Below the pieces are notes generated by a model. The model had not been told where the DNA came from and searched no databases. It saw nothing but the letters and a program-made list of their open reading frames with translations. From Squalus acanthias (Eukaryota), in contig CM059431.1 in NCBI GenBank assembly GCA_030390025.1, forward strand, positions 123,134,001 to 123,198,000: a DNA stretch of 64,000 nucleotides. Reading direction: 5' to 3'. A program made the translations under genes and the position numbers. This document shows positions 11,081 to 22,131 of the stretch, one piece after another; within the stretch, counting starts at the first letter, position 1; every line of letters starts with the position of its first letter.

Positions 11081-12369
11081 CAAATCAACCAAACCAACAT
11101 AAAAGATAGAGGAAGTTTAAGCGTAAGTTAAGCAGAGTGTAAATCGAGTTTCTGCGACCTTTAACACTGCTTTAAACAACATTGCGCTGGAAGCCAGCCT
11201 TGCCCACAAAACTGGCCACGCCCCCAGATTAAAATAATGAGCACGGTGAGTTTCCGCCAATTGTGCCTGTTTGCGACTGTTTGAGAAGGCTCTTCAAATT
11301 AAGCTGTTTTTATCTAAGCATACAGGCATTAGTAAGTACCTTTTAAAAGTTTTTAAATATTAAAAAATATTTAATTCACTAAGAAACTGACTAGTGTACC
11401 AATGAAACTAGTAAACGGTTCAGTATAGTTTTTTTGAAGTCATTTCCAGTGATTTAAATCAAGTCGCTCACAGGTGGTGGACCAGACACTCCTATTAAAA
11501 ATGCTTATTTTTTGTGATAAACCCATTTTCAGTTGTAATAATAAAACTGCACCAGGTTACAACTCTTAAATATATCAATGAATATTTTTCAATGCAAGGA
11601 AAAAAATTCAATTACGTTCTATTACGCTGCCTGATTGCGCTGATTCATGGAAGATTTTCCGTTTGTGATTATGCAAATAAGTTTGAGCGGAAACTTGAAC
11701 CATAACTTTTTGAAAACCAGCTCAATTTCAAGTGCAATTTGCCGATTGCGCCCAAAGCGGAAACTCTGCCCCTTTCGAAAACATTATGGAACACTGGGCA
11801 GTGAACATTATTTTCATGTCACGCTAAGCAAGGGTGGATTTCAATGGACAGAAGATGCTGCAGGGCACGCTGACCTTTTTGCCTGAACTGCTGATGTGCT
11901 CTTCCTAATATTTTGTCATGGTTAATGAAATGATATAATTTATATAATATCAGAACAAATCTTATGATAAACTGAGGAATCAATGGGAGAGCTCTCATAA
12001 GATGGCAATATATGCCCACTCTTCTTTTGGCTACACAGGTCTGATCATTTTCTTGCTTTGCAGGCCTCTGTATGGGCACCTTCATCGTGCCACTCTATTG
12101 AGATCAGCAAGCCACTGCATTCTCTTGCTTTTTAAGATTTAATTCTTAACCTTTTTATGCAACAATTTGGGTGCTGATTTGTTGCAGGGAATTTAAATAT
12201 TTTATGTCTATAGGGTTTCATTTTGTAATTTAGCAGTCCTGGTAGGGAACCTCGCTCAATGAGACAGCAGAATGGGTAACTGAGGCTGGAGGACACTGCA
12301 TGCTCTTTGTGGCCCTCCCGATTTTTTCTACTTCAAAATTAATACAGGTACCTGGAAAATGGTGTTAGC

Positions 12370-12510
12370 TTTTCATCTGAAAGATAGCACCTGTTGACAA
12401 TTCAGCATTTCCTCAGCACTGCACTGATGTGTCAGCCTGAATTAGTTTCTGGTAGTATTTGAACCACAACCTTCTGATTCAGAAGTGAGAGTGCTACCAA
12501 CTGAACTAAA
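12370..12510 (-). mobile_element. Old SINE head fragment (SacSINE1-like)
   Basis: TCATCTGAAAGATAGCACC...TTGAACCACAACCTTCTGATTCAGAAGTGAGAGTGCTACCAACTGA resembles 10930-11070. Confidence 0.65.
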
Positions 12511-13120
12511 TGGAAGCCTGTGGGTGACACTGTAAGTAATATATTGGTGCCCAACTGTGGTGTCATCAGACAGCTCTGGTATCCCTACTTTTACAAATTC
12601 CGTGCAAGAACATACACCACCAGTAGGGAAACAGTTTAGGGATTTTAAGCACTGTGCTCAGCAGGCAGAAAGCGAGAGCATCAGAAAATCACAACTATTT
12701 GTTCCCTGCATGCTCAATTCCCACTGGCATAAGTACTGACAGGAATTTGCAGGCTACATTTTAAGACAAAGATGTAGGGATTACTTTGAATAGAAAGTGT
12801 TCCTCTCAGACATTCTTTCTCCTGTAAATTGCATTAAATCTTCCAGTGTTTTGAGTGTTTAATTTGCCGTTGGCAATACATTAACATTAGCAAAAAGCAA
12901 GAAATGTGTAAATGGGAGGAGAAAGTTACAAAGGGACATAGACAGATTAAGTGAGTGGGTAAAACTGTGGCAGATGGAGTTCAGAGTGGGGAAGTGTGAG
13001 GTCATCCACTGTGGATCCAAGAAAGGCAAATCAGAATATTTTCTAAATGGCGAGAGACTAGTCTAATGGAATGCTGGCCTTTTTCTCAAGGGGGCTGTAA
13101 TACAAATGGTAGGAAGTCAT

Positions 13121-15041
13121 GGCCGCGATTTTACTTACCTCAGCGGGTCCATGGCGGGTGACGTCAGTGGCAGGTCCCGACCCCGCTGCTGGCTCCATCC
13201 AGCTCTCTGGAAAGACTTTCTGTTGATTGGGCTTGTTAAGCCTGCCCAGCATGTTTCCCGGGTCAATTAGAGGAAGTGAGTCTGGTGACGTCATTTCATG
13301 ACGCGTCATCAGCCGGTTTCCTTAAAGGGACCATGGTCAACTTTCTTTTGATATTTGTGCTGTCAGTGTTCTATAGCATTGAGGTGCTGCAAACTCTGAC
13401 AAGCACTGCAGAGAGGTGCACGGCTACACCTAGGCTCTCCCATGACTCTCTCCATATGCTTATGGAGGGAGTCACAGCATGCAGGGAGGTTCTCTTCCCT
13501 TCCGATGGGCGGAAGAGACCTCCCCAGGACACCAACGCAGCCTGGTTGCACATTGCACAGGAGGGCACAAGCATTGATGTCATCAGGAGAACCTGGGTGC
13601 AGTGGCGCAAACCTTTCAATGATCTCAGTAGATCACAAAACGTTAGTACAAAGCCACACTCACCTTCATCCCGCTGTGCCTCTCATCTCATCCCCATCAC
13701 TCTGCCTTCCCTACCCTACTCCTGCACATCATTCAAGAAGCATTTAGATGAGCACTTGAAATGCCATAGCACACAAGGCTATGGACCAAGTGCTGGAAAA
13801 TGGGATTAGAATAGATAGGGCTTGATGGCTGGCACAGACACGGTGGGCCGAAGGGCCTCTTTCTGTGCTGTATAAATCTATGACTCTATTACTCTATCCT
13901 TACTCACACCAACTTACCTTGCAGCTCCACCCATCCCGCTCTCTCTATCTACATTGTCACATCCCCATCTCACTAACCACCCTTCACACTCACCCTCATC
14001 CTAGTCCAATCATACCAACTAACAACACACAAGGGTAGGCACTTGGGAATTTTATGCAATGTTCATGTAAAGTTTCTGTTAATGTGGTGTCAAACATTGA
14101 AACCTTTATTTTCAACACTCAGCGTTCTTGGACAGATTTGTGTACACCTTTGGAAGTGGCTTAGTGAGTTGCAGTGAATGGTGAGACATAACAGTATGCC
14201 CCCCCCCCCCCGCAATGGTGGTCAGTGTAAAAGGAATGGCTTGGACATTGTAGGGATGCTTTATGGTGTTGTTGTGGGGTGGTGCCAACCTGGCGCATCA
14301 TGTGGCAGCCAGGGTGTACAGCGTCAAGCGAAGTAAATCTGGCCATGGTGCGGCCATCCCTGGCCTCCCAGGCAGCAATGTGCTTGGGTGCTGATGCCCT
14401 CTGTCCTGTGCAGCATCAGGTGATTGCAGGGAATGTTGGGGGTGTTGTTGTTGCTGTACCTGGTGCTGCTGGTGTTGGGGCTGATTGTGGTCGGATTATG
14501 AGGACCAAGTTGAGACAGTATAAAGGGCACCCATGTTGATGGAATAGATGGCAGGTGAACTACAGATGACAGAAGCATTCTGTCAATGGTGAGAGAGTTC
14601 TTCCAAAGAGGTGATGTTGGATGGAGAGTGGAAAGTGGAAAGCCTGCAGAATCTTTGCTGGAAATGGACTGAAAAACAGCTTGTGGCTGAAGAAAGTGAA
14701 GATCTGTCAGGTGGGGGATTTTACTGTACAATTGAAGCCGTCAAGGAATCAGCTGGAGCAACAGCCACTGAACTCCTGCCTCAGGTTGACATCCGTGGTC
14801 CCCGAACAACGTGGTTAAAGTAAGTTAAAAAAGCCTGTTAATGATCTGTCAACAAGGCAATAATGAGCTTAATTGGGTCCCCCGCCACTGCGGGTCGGGT
14901 CTGCTCAGCGCTTACAGACCCGGCGTTGGGAAGGGCACGTGGCGGCGGGTTGACAATGGGGTCCCGACCTGCTGTCAAAAAAAAACACTTTCCCACCCGA
15001 CCTGCCACCGATCACGCCCACTGACCCCTGGAAATTCCCTC
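13121..15041. mobile_element. Internally deleted Harbinger (copy B) with decayed Myb exon 1 (~13405-13645, +)
   Basis: TSD CAT (13118-13120, 15042-15044) restores the host LINE; PRLSHDSLHMLMEG..EVLFPSDGRKRPP..AWLHIAQE..RTWVQWRKPFNDL; no transposase core. Confidence 0.82.
13728..13897 (+). mobile_element. CR1 3' tail inserted in Harbinger B
   Basis: CATTCAAGAAGCATTTAGATGAGCAC...GGGCCGAAGGGCCT...(ACTCTAT)n tail. Confidence 0.75.
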
Positions 15042-17215
15042 CATGTCTCAGTTGGACAGAGCCTTAGTCCTAGTCCATATGGAGTACTGCATTCAATTTT
15101 TTGCATCGCACCTCAGAGAGGATATACTGGCCTTGGAGAGTGTACAACGCAGTTTCACCAGAATGATACCAGTGTTTAAGAGTTAAATAATGAGGACAGG
15201 TTGGAGAAACTTGGCTTATATTCCCTGCAGTCTAGAAGGTTGAGGGGTGATCTAATTGAGATGTAATATGATAAAGGGTAGATACAGAGAAGTTATTTTC
15301 TCTGGTAAGGGAATCCAAAACAAGTGGGCACAATCTTAAAAATAGAGCTAGGCCATTCAGGAAGTGCTTTTTTACACAAAGGGTAGTGAAATCTGGACTT
15401 CTCTGTCCCTAAAGGCTGTGGATGCTGAGTGAATTAAAATTTTCAAGACTGAGATTGACAACTTTTTGCTAGGTAAGGGTATCAAGGGCTACGGATCAAA
15501 GGCAGATAAATAGAGTAGACGTACAGATCAGCCATGATCTAATTGAATGACGGAACAGGCTCGAGAGGCTGAATTGCCTACTAGTGCTTCTAAATGTTGG
15601 TTAGTAGCTATGTATATTTAGCATGCCCTTTCCAGCCAAACACTCACATGCAGAGTAATTTGTAAATATTAATTGATACTGCCAGGGTGATTAGCCTAAA
15701 TATCCATGATAATACTATTAGCATAATATATTGGGGTTATTTTTATCTGGGGGCGTGTTCGAGGCAGGTGGGAGCTGTGTGTTGGGAGAGAAATCCCCAC
15801 AGGGAGTTCAGCATGAGGTCCGGTCCATTTTAACTCCCAGGCCATATTTAAATACTCCAGGTCAGTCTCTCCACCAGAAACCAGCAGGACTGACATCAGG
15901 GCCAGCCCTCAAAGGAACGGTCTCCAACATAAAATTTGCACTGGGCTGGGGCTTTGGACGCTATTGCCAGTGCTGGGAGGAAGAAGCAAGGCTGAGGCTG
16001 GATAGGCCCACCAACTCTTGGGAGAGCATTCGTTCTGCTCCTCCTCGCCCACAAGGATTCCACAGAAATATATATTTTTTTAAAACTTAGCTTGGCCTGT
16101 TCTTGCTACTCCCGCCGTGGTTCTGCTCCTGGGGTTGGCCCCTTGAGATCCTCCCAAATACTGATGTTAAAATGTTGTTGCGGTACCAATGATATCATTG
16201 GGCCGCAACTTTTCTAGAGGTAAAATAGGCCCTCCCATGCCTGAAATAATGTAAGTAAAGGTGGTGGATGGGAGGGGGAAACGCATCAGAAACGTGACTC
16301 AACACCCCCACATCACCTTAATCCCCCCGTCAAGGCGAGAATGGGTTTACAATCTACTGTACTATGTGTGTAAGGAGGAAGATCATTGCTAAATGAAAGG
16401 ATTTTCAGAAGACCACAAGGTACTTATCGGTGAAAAGGGCATATGGCCCATCTTAATTCATTCATCCAGAATGGCACCTCATTGTCCCAATTAAATTTCT
16501 TAAATCATTCCAGGACTTTCACCTCCACCACTCTGCATAGCGTCATTTTGCAGTTTATCTTTGTCTTCTGCAATTTAAATTTTTTCATCGTCTTCCTCTG
16601 CCCCTCTGATCAACCATTTGATGTGTTCCTACATGCTCCTATATTCATCCTGGTGAAAATCATCCTCTTTTTCCTTGCAAAATTTGCAGAGGTAATTTTT
16701 CTTCTTTCTTTCACTTTTGTTTGTTAATCCATTTAGGGTCACCTTTGTTTTGTCTGAACTTCTAATCCTAGGTATATATTTGTCCTGCACACTCAGCGTT
16801 ATTATTTAAAGGTGTTCCATTTGAATTCTATTGAAATATTGATGGACATCCCGCTCCAATTCATTTGTTGTCATTTTTCCTGCATTTCATTGAATTTAGC
16901 CCGATCTAAGTTATAAACTGAGCTCCTGGTCCTTGGTATAACAGAATCCAAGATCATGTTCAATTTGATCATTCTGGAGTCACTGTCCCCAGAGGTACTA
17001 CAACTTCCATTTTCTGTACTTTGTTTCATTTACAAAACCATGTCAGGATGAGCACTGCCTTACAAAACTTCCCTTACACCCTGAGTCCTGAAGCAGTTAT
17101 GTATGACATTTAGCAATTCTGACTTTAACGTGCTTGGGTATTCCCAAGTTATACTTGATTGATTAACTCTTTTCTTCTCCCACACCCTTAAAATTATAGA
17201 TTTCTATACAGAGTA

Positions 17216-17390
17216 GGGATTGAATTTCTGTGGGGATTCTTCCAATCAGCCACCATAGCTTCGGCTAAACATCCATGAAAACTCCAGAGAAACAGGTAAA
17301 TGGCATTTACACAATTTTTCCACAGTTTCCGTGGATTTTCTGTCAAAGTTACAGAGGCCGATCAGTAGAATCCCTGCAGAAATTCAACCC
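17216..17390. mobile_element. Palindromic Harbinger-type MITE (175 bp)
   Basis: GGGATTGAATTTCTGTGGGGATTCT ... AGAATCCCTGCAGAAATTCAACCC; flanks GTA/TTA. Confidence 0.75.
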
Positions 17391-17478
17391 TTAATTCTTT
17401 ATGTAGCTCGCCCCCTTCCACAGGATCAACTTCATTTACTTCCCAGTTGTTAATAACAGACATCACCACCCTTTTTTC

Positions 17479-17925
17479 AGTGTCAGCTGTGGCTCAGTTG
17501 GTAGCACAGTTGCCTTCTAAGTGGGTTCAAATCCCACTGCAGGGACTTGAACATATAAAGCTAGACTAACACTCCAGTGCAGTGTTGAGGGAGTATTGCA
17601 CTGTCGGAGGTGCCGTCTTTCGGATGAGACGTTAAACTGAGGCCCCGTCTAGCTCTTTCAGGTAGACAATTTCATGGCACTATTTTGAAGAAGAGCATGG
17701 GAGTTATCCCCAGTGTCCTGGCCAATAATTACACATAACAAAAAAACAGATTAGCTGATCATTATCACATTGCTGTTTGTGGGAGCTTGCTGTGCGCAAA
17801 TTGGCTGCCGCGTTTCCCACATTACAATAGTGACTCCACTTCAAAAGTACTTCATTGGCTGTAAAGCACTTTGAGACATCCAGTGGTTGTGAAAGGCGTT
17901 ATATAAATGCAAGTCTCTCTTTCTG
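17479..17925 (+). mobile_element. Full-length Deu-domain SINE (SacSINE1-like)
   Basis: A box TGGCTCAGTTGG, B box GGTTCAAATCCC, Deu core CACATTGCTGTTTGTGGGAGCTTGCTGTGCGCAAATTGG, tail ATAAATGCAAGTCT. Confidence 0.9.
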
Positions 17926-19249
17926 TACACTCTATATCCCTACTTGTTGATTCATTTCCATATGTCTGATATGCCCACAGTATTGTATTATCTACTGCCA
18001 CAATAGCCTACAGTTCATTCTATTACTTCTAACATTCATATGTGAGCATCTTAATATAGATTTGCTTCAGATTGTTGCCTCGGTGTCTGCCATTTCCTCT
18101 GGGTTACTGTATCCATAATGACCTGTTGACTTCTACCCTAATAACCATCCTATTTGGGATCCAGTTTCCTGCCCCTCATCAATATGGTTTGAATGACTTT
18201 CAAATGCTGCCTCAATGTTCCTCACAAGTCTTATTTGACTTAGGCTGTCTCTCCTGTACCATTCCTTTTTTAATCTGAAAATGTAACCAATGTTTATGAA
18301 GGTTGCATTGTTGTTTTGACATTAGGTTGCCAGTCATTCATTCACATCCTTAGTTTTATTGCTGAGATCTCCTTTCCCATCTACTGGGAGTATACCAGAG
18401 AACACTAATTTATATCTCCTATCTTTGAGTTTTGAGGCAATCCTCTATATCCTTTCTCCCTGTGCCATTTACCCCTCTGTGGACTACCACCACAGAACCT
18501 GGTCCGTGCCCCTTCCAATCGTTCCTCATTGTTTCCTGCTCTAGCTCCAGGTAGGCCATTCTACCTGTGTGCCTTGTCTTTCTGGCTCATATGGTTGGCT
18601 ATCTATTTTTCTGAGCAAAAATCCCTAATAACCACTGCCTCTCTTTGACCCATAGGCTGCACCTTTGTGCAAGCTGTCCCCTCTGGTATTTTGGTCGTCT
18701 TTCTTTCAGAAACCTGTTAATTCTGCAATGTTGAACAATGTCTGAAATTTATAATCTCTTGGCTACCTTTGCAGGGTTTCTTATCAATCTTTTCTCAACT
18801 TTAATCAATCCAATATTCCAATTTCCTGGTTTTCCCTCTGTACTACTCTCCATATTATCACAGCCCCGTCCCAGGTTAGATTGGTTTCCAACTCCCTGAA
18901 GATTGACTCTCAAGGTCTAACATTAGTCTGGTTATCTCACTGAACTTTAATTGCTCATTTACTATCTAATACTATCCACTCGTCCTCAAAAATCCCCTCA
19001 CTTGTGTTTGCCCTTTTAAGTTTCATTCCTTTACTCTCTAACGCTAAACCCTTTCTTTAAACTGATTTGATCAACAGACAGTTTTGGAACTTGTCACTCT
19101 TTTAATATAAAGCAGCAGTTGAAGATTCTGCCATACCCACTTACACCTCTTCTGGACTCATCTTGTGTTTCTTTACTTGTACCATTACCATCTCCTTTTG
19201 CTTTGTACAATCATACCTTTTGTCATTTAATCTCTCTTGCCCTCCACAG

Positions 19250-19715
19250 GTTGTCAGCTGTGGCTCAGTTGGTAGCACATTCACTTCCAAGTCAGAAGGT
19301 TTGTGGGTTCATAATCCCACTCCAGGGACTTGAACACATAAAGCTAGGCTGACACTTCAGTGCAATACCTAGGGAGCACTGCACTGTCGGAGGTGCCGTC
19401 TTTCAGATGAGACATTAAACTGATGCCCTGTCTGCTCTCTCACGTGGACGTAAAAGATCCCATGACACTATTTCGAAGAAGAGCAGGGGAGTTATCACTG
19501 GTGTCCTGGCCAATATTTATCCCTCAATCAACATAACAAAAAAAAGATTATCTGGTCATTATCACATTGCTGTTTGTGGGACCTTGCTGTGTGCAAATTG
19601 GTTGCTGCGTTTCCCGCATTACAACAGTGACTCCACTTCAAAAGTACTTAATTGACTGTAAAACGCTTTGAGATGTCCGGTGGTCGTGAAAGGCACTATA
19701 TAAATGCAAGGTTTT
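19250..19715 (+). mobile_element. Full-length Deu-domain SINE (SacSINE1-like)
   Basis: Same head, core and tail as 17479-17925; flanked by CCTCCAC/CTTCCAC (probable TSD). Confidence 0.9.
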
Positions 19716-19816
19716 TCTTCCACCCTATCACAGACCTTCCCTTTTGTTCTTTCCTCCCCTCCCCCTTTCCCTGCCTCTGCACCTGCTTAAAATCTGTTAC
19801 ATCTCCAACTTTTTCC

Positions 19817-19853
19817 AGTTCTGACGAAAGGTCATCGACTTGAAAGGTTAACT
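19817..19853 (+). ncRNA. Minimal type I hammerhead ribozyme motif (Penelope-associated), degenerate
   Basis: AGTT-CTGACGA-A-AGGTC-ATC-GACTT-GAAAGGTT-AACT: stem I AGTT/AACT, stem II AGGTC/GACTT, core CUGACGA/GAAA; stem III mutated from the expected ACGT. Confidence 0.6.
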
Positions 19854-19984
19854 CTGTTTCTCTCTCCAGAGATGCTGCCTGACCTGCTGAGTATTTCCAG
19901 CATTTTCTGTTTTTATTTCACTCTTTCAATATATCTGGCTTTCTCATTTATAAACATTCCCCAGAAACAAAAACTCCACAGGAA

Positions 19985-22008
19985 AAGTGACCCATCCATG
20001 GCTAACTAAAGAAGTTAAGGATAGCATTAGATTGAAAGAAGAAGCTTATAATGTTGCAAAGAATAGTAATAAGCCTGAGGATTGGGAGAGTTTCAGAAAC
20101 CAGCAAAGGATGACCAAAAAATTGATAAAAAGGGAAAAAATTGAATATGAGAGAAAACTGGCAAGAAATATAAAAACAGATTGTAAGAGCTTCTACAATA
20201 TGTAAAATGTAAGAGAGTAGCAAAAGTAAATGTTGGTCCCTTAGAGGCTGCGACAGGAGAAATTATGATGGGGAATAAGGAAATGGTAGAAGCGTTAAAC
20301 AAATATTTTGTATCTGTCTTCACAGTAGAAGACACAAAAAGCATACCAATATTGGTGGGGAACCATGTGTCGAATGAGGGTGAGGAACTTAACATAATTA
20401 ATATAAGTAGAGAAAAATACTAGAGAAACTAATGGGACTAAAAGCCAACAAATCCCCTGGACCTGACGTTCTACATCCTAGAGTTCTAAAAGAGGTGGCT
20501 GCAGAGATAGTGGATGCATTGGTTTTGATCTTCCAAAATTCCCAAGATTCTAGAATGGTCCCAGTGGATTGGAAGGTAGCAAATGTAACACCACTATTCA
20601 AGAAAGGAGGGAGAGAGAAAGCAGGGAACTACAGACCAGTTAGCCTGACATCAGTCATCGGGAAAATGCTGGAATCCATTGTTAAGAACGTGGTATCAGG
20701 GCACTTACAAAATCATAACATGATTAGGCAGAGTCAACATGGTTTTATGAAAGTGAAATTGTGTTTGATAAATTTATTAGAGTTTTTTATGGATGTAACT
20801 AGCAGGGTAGATAAAGGGGAACCAGTGGATGTAGTATATTTGGATTTCCAAAAGGCATTCGATAAGGTGCTACATAAAAGGTTATTACACAAGATAAGGG
20901 TTCATGGGGTTGGGAGTAATTTAGTAGCATGGATAAAGGATTGGTTAACGGACAGAAAACAGAGAGTAGAAAATAAACGGGTCTTTTCCAGGTTGGCAGG
21001 CTGTAACTAGTGGGGTGCCGCAAGGATCAGTGCTGGGGCCCTCAGCTATTTATAATCTATATTAATGACCTAGATGAAGGGACCGAGTGTAATGTATCCA
21101 AGTTTGCTGATAATACAAAGCTAGGTGGGAGAGTAAGCTGTGAGGAGAACAAAAAGAGTCTGCAAAGGGATATAGATACACGAAGTGAGTGGGCAGTAAG
21201 TTGGAGTATAATGTAGGGAAATGTAAGGTTATTCACTTTGGTAGGAAGAATAGAAAAACAGAATATTTTTTAAATGGTGAGAAACTTTAAATGTTAATGT
21301 TCAGAGAGATTTGGGTGTCCTCGTGCAAGAAACACAGAAAGCTAGCATGCAGGTACAGCAAGCAATAAGGAAGGCAAATGGCATGTTGGCCTTTATTGCA
21401 AGGGAGTTGGAGTATAAGAGTAAGGAAGTCTTGCTGCAATTGCACAGGGCCTTGGTGAGACCACACCTGGAGTACTGTGCACAGTTTTGGTCTCCTTACC
21501 TAAGGATGGATATACTTGCCTTGGAGGCGGTGCAACGAAGGTTCACTAGATTGATTCCTGGGATGAGAGGGCTGTCCTATGATGAGGGATTGTGTAGAAT
21601 GAGTTTAGAAGAATGAGAGGTGATCTCATTGAAACATACACGATTCTGAAGGGGATTGACAGGGTAGACGCTGAGAGGTTGTTTCCCCTGGCTGGAGTGT
21701 CTAGAACTAGGGGGTATAGTCTCAGGATAAGGGGTATGCCAATTAAGACTGAGATGAGGAGGAATTTCTTCACTCAAGAGGGTTGTGAATCTTTGGAATT
21801 CTCTGCCCCAGAGGGCTGTGGATGTTGAGTCTTTGAATATATTCAAGGCTGAGATAGCTAGATTTTTGGATTCTAGGGGAATCAAGGGATATGGAGATCG
21901 GGCAGGAAAGCGGAGTTGAGGTCGACGATCAGCCAGGTTCTTATTGAATAGTGGAACAGGCACGAGGGGCTGTATGGCTTATTCCTGCTTCTATTTCTTA
22001 TGTTCTTA
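19985..22008 (+). mobile_element. 5'-truncated CR1-type LINE, decayed ORF2
   Basis: KSPGPDVLHPRVLKE, NYRPVSLTS, YLDFQKAFD, KFADNTKL, RPHLEYC with frameshifts; 3' UTR and TTCTTATGTTCTTA tail. Confidence 0.93.
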
Positions 22009-22131
22009 AAACAAATTTCACAGGGTCCATTTAATTTAACTTCTCTTGGGTACTGCCATTTAGCTTTTGTTACCCTTATTTGCTGTCTTTCAGTTTTACT
22101 TTATTAGCTTCCTGTTTGATTATGCTGCTTC

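Larger units (their letters stand above)
8978..11772. mobile_element. Harbinger-type MITE hosting a SINE that itself hosts a solo LTR
   Basis: Left AGCCTAGAGTTTCTGC versus right-end revcomp GGGGCAGAGTTTCCGC; TTT on both flanks (putative 3-bp TSD). Confidence 0.6.
12905..15590 (+). mobile_element. Old CR1 3' fragment split by Harbinger derivative B
   Basis: RT C-terminal remnants at 12905-13120 continue at 15042 through the 3' UTR (GATCAGCCATGATCTAATTGAATG...GGCTGAAT). Confidence 0.8.
16740..18070 (-). mobile_element. Heavily decayed CR1-like endonuclease region, interrupted by a MITE and a SINE
   Basis: Weak minus-strand APE-like remnants (LGDSD.., RKKGGDVC, LWAYQTYG near 17960-17990). Confidence 0.4.
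19140..19920 (+). mobile_element. Penelope-like pseudo-LTR fragment, split by a SINE
   Basis: Reverse complement of 4213-4460; continues into GATGCTGCCTGACCTGCTGAGTATTTCCAGCATTTTCTG as at 7410-7460. Confidence 0.75.

Noticed and set aside
15733..16350. Additional Harbinger-like MITE
   Set aside because: Composition is suggestive but I could not pair the termini or find a TSD.
17479..17560. tRNA genes at SINE heads (also ~19255, ~30790-30856, ~35315-35381)
   Set aside because: A and B boxes are present but continue into SINE bodies; they are not free-standing tRNAs.
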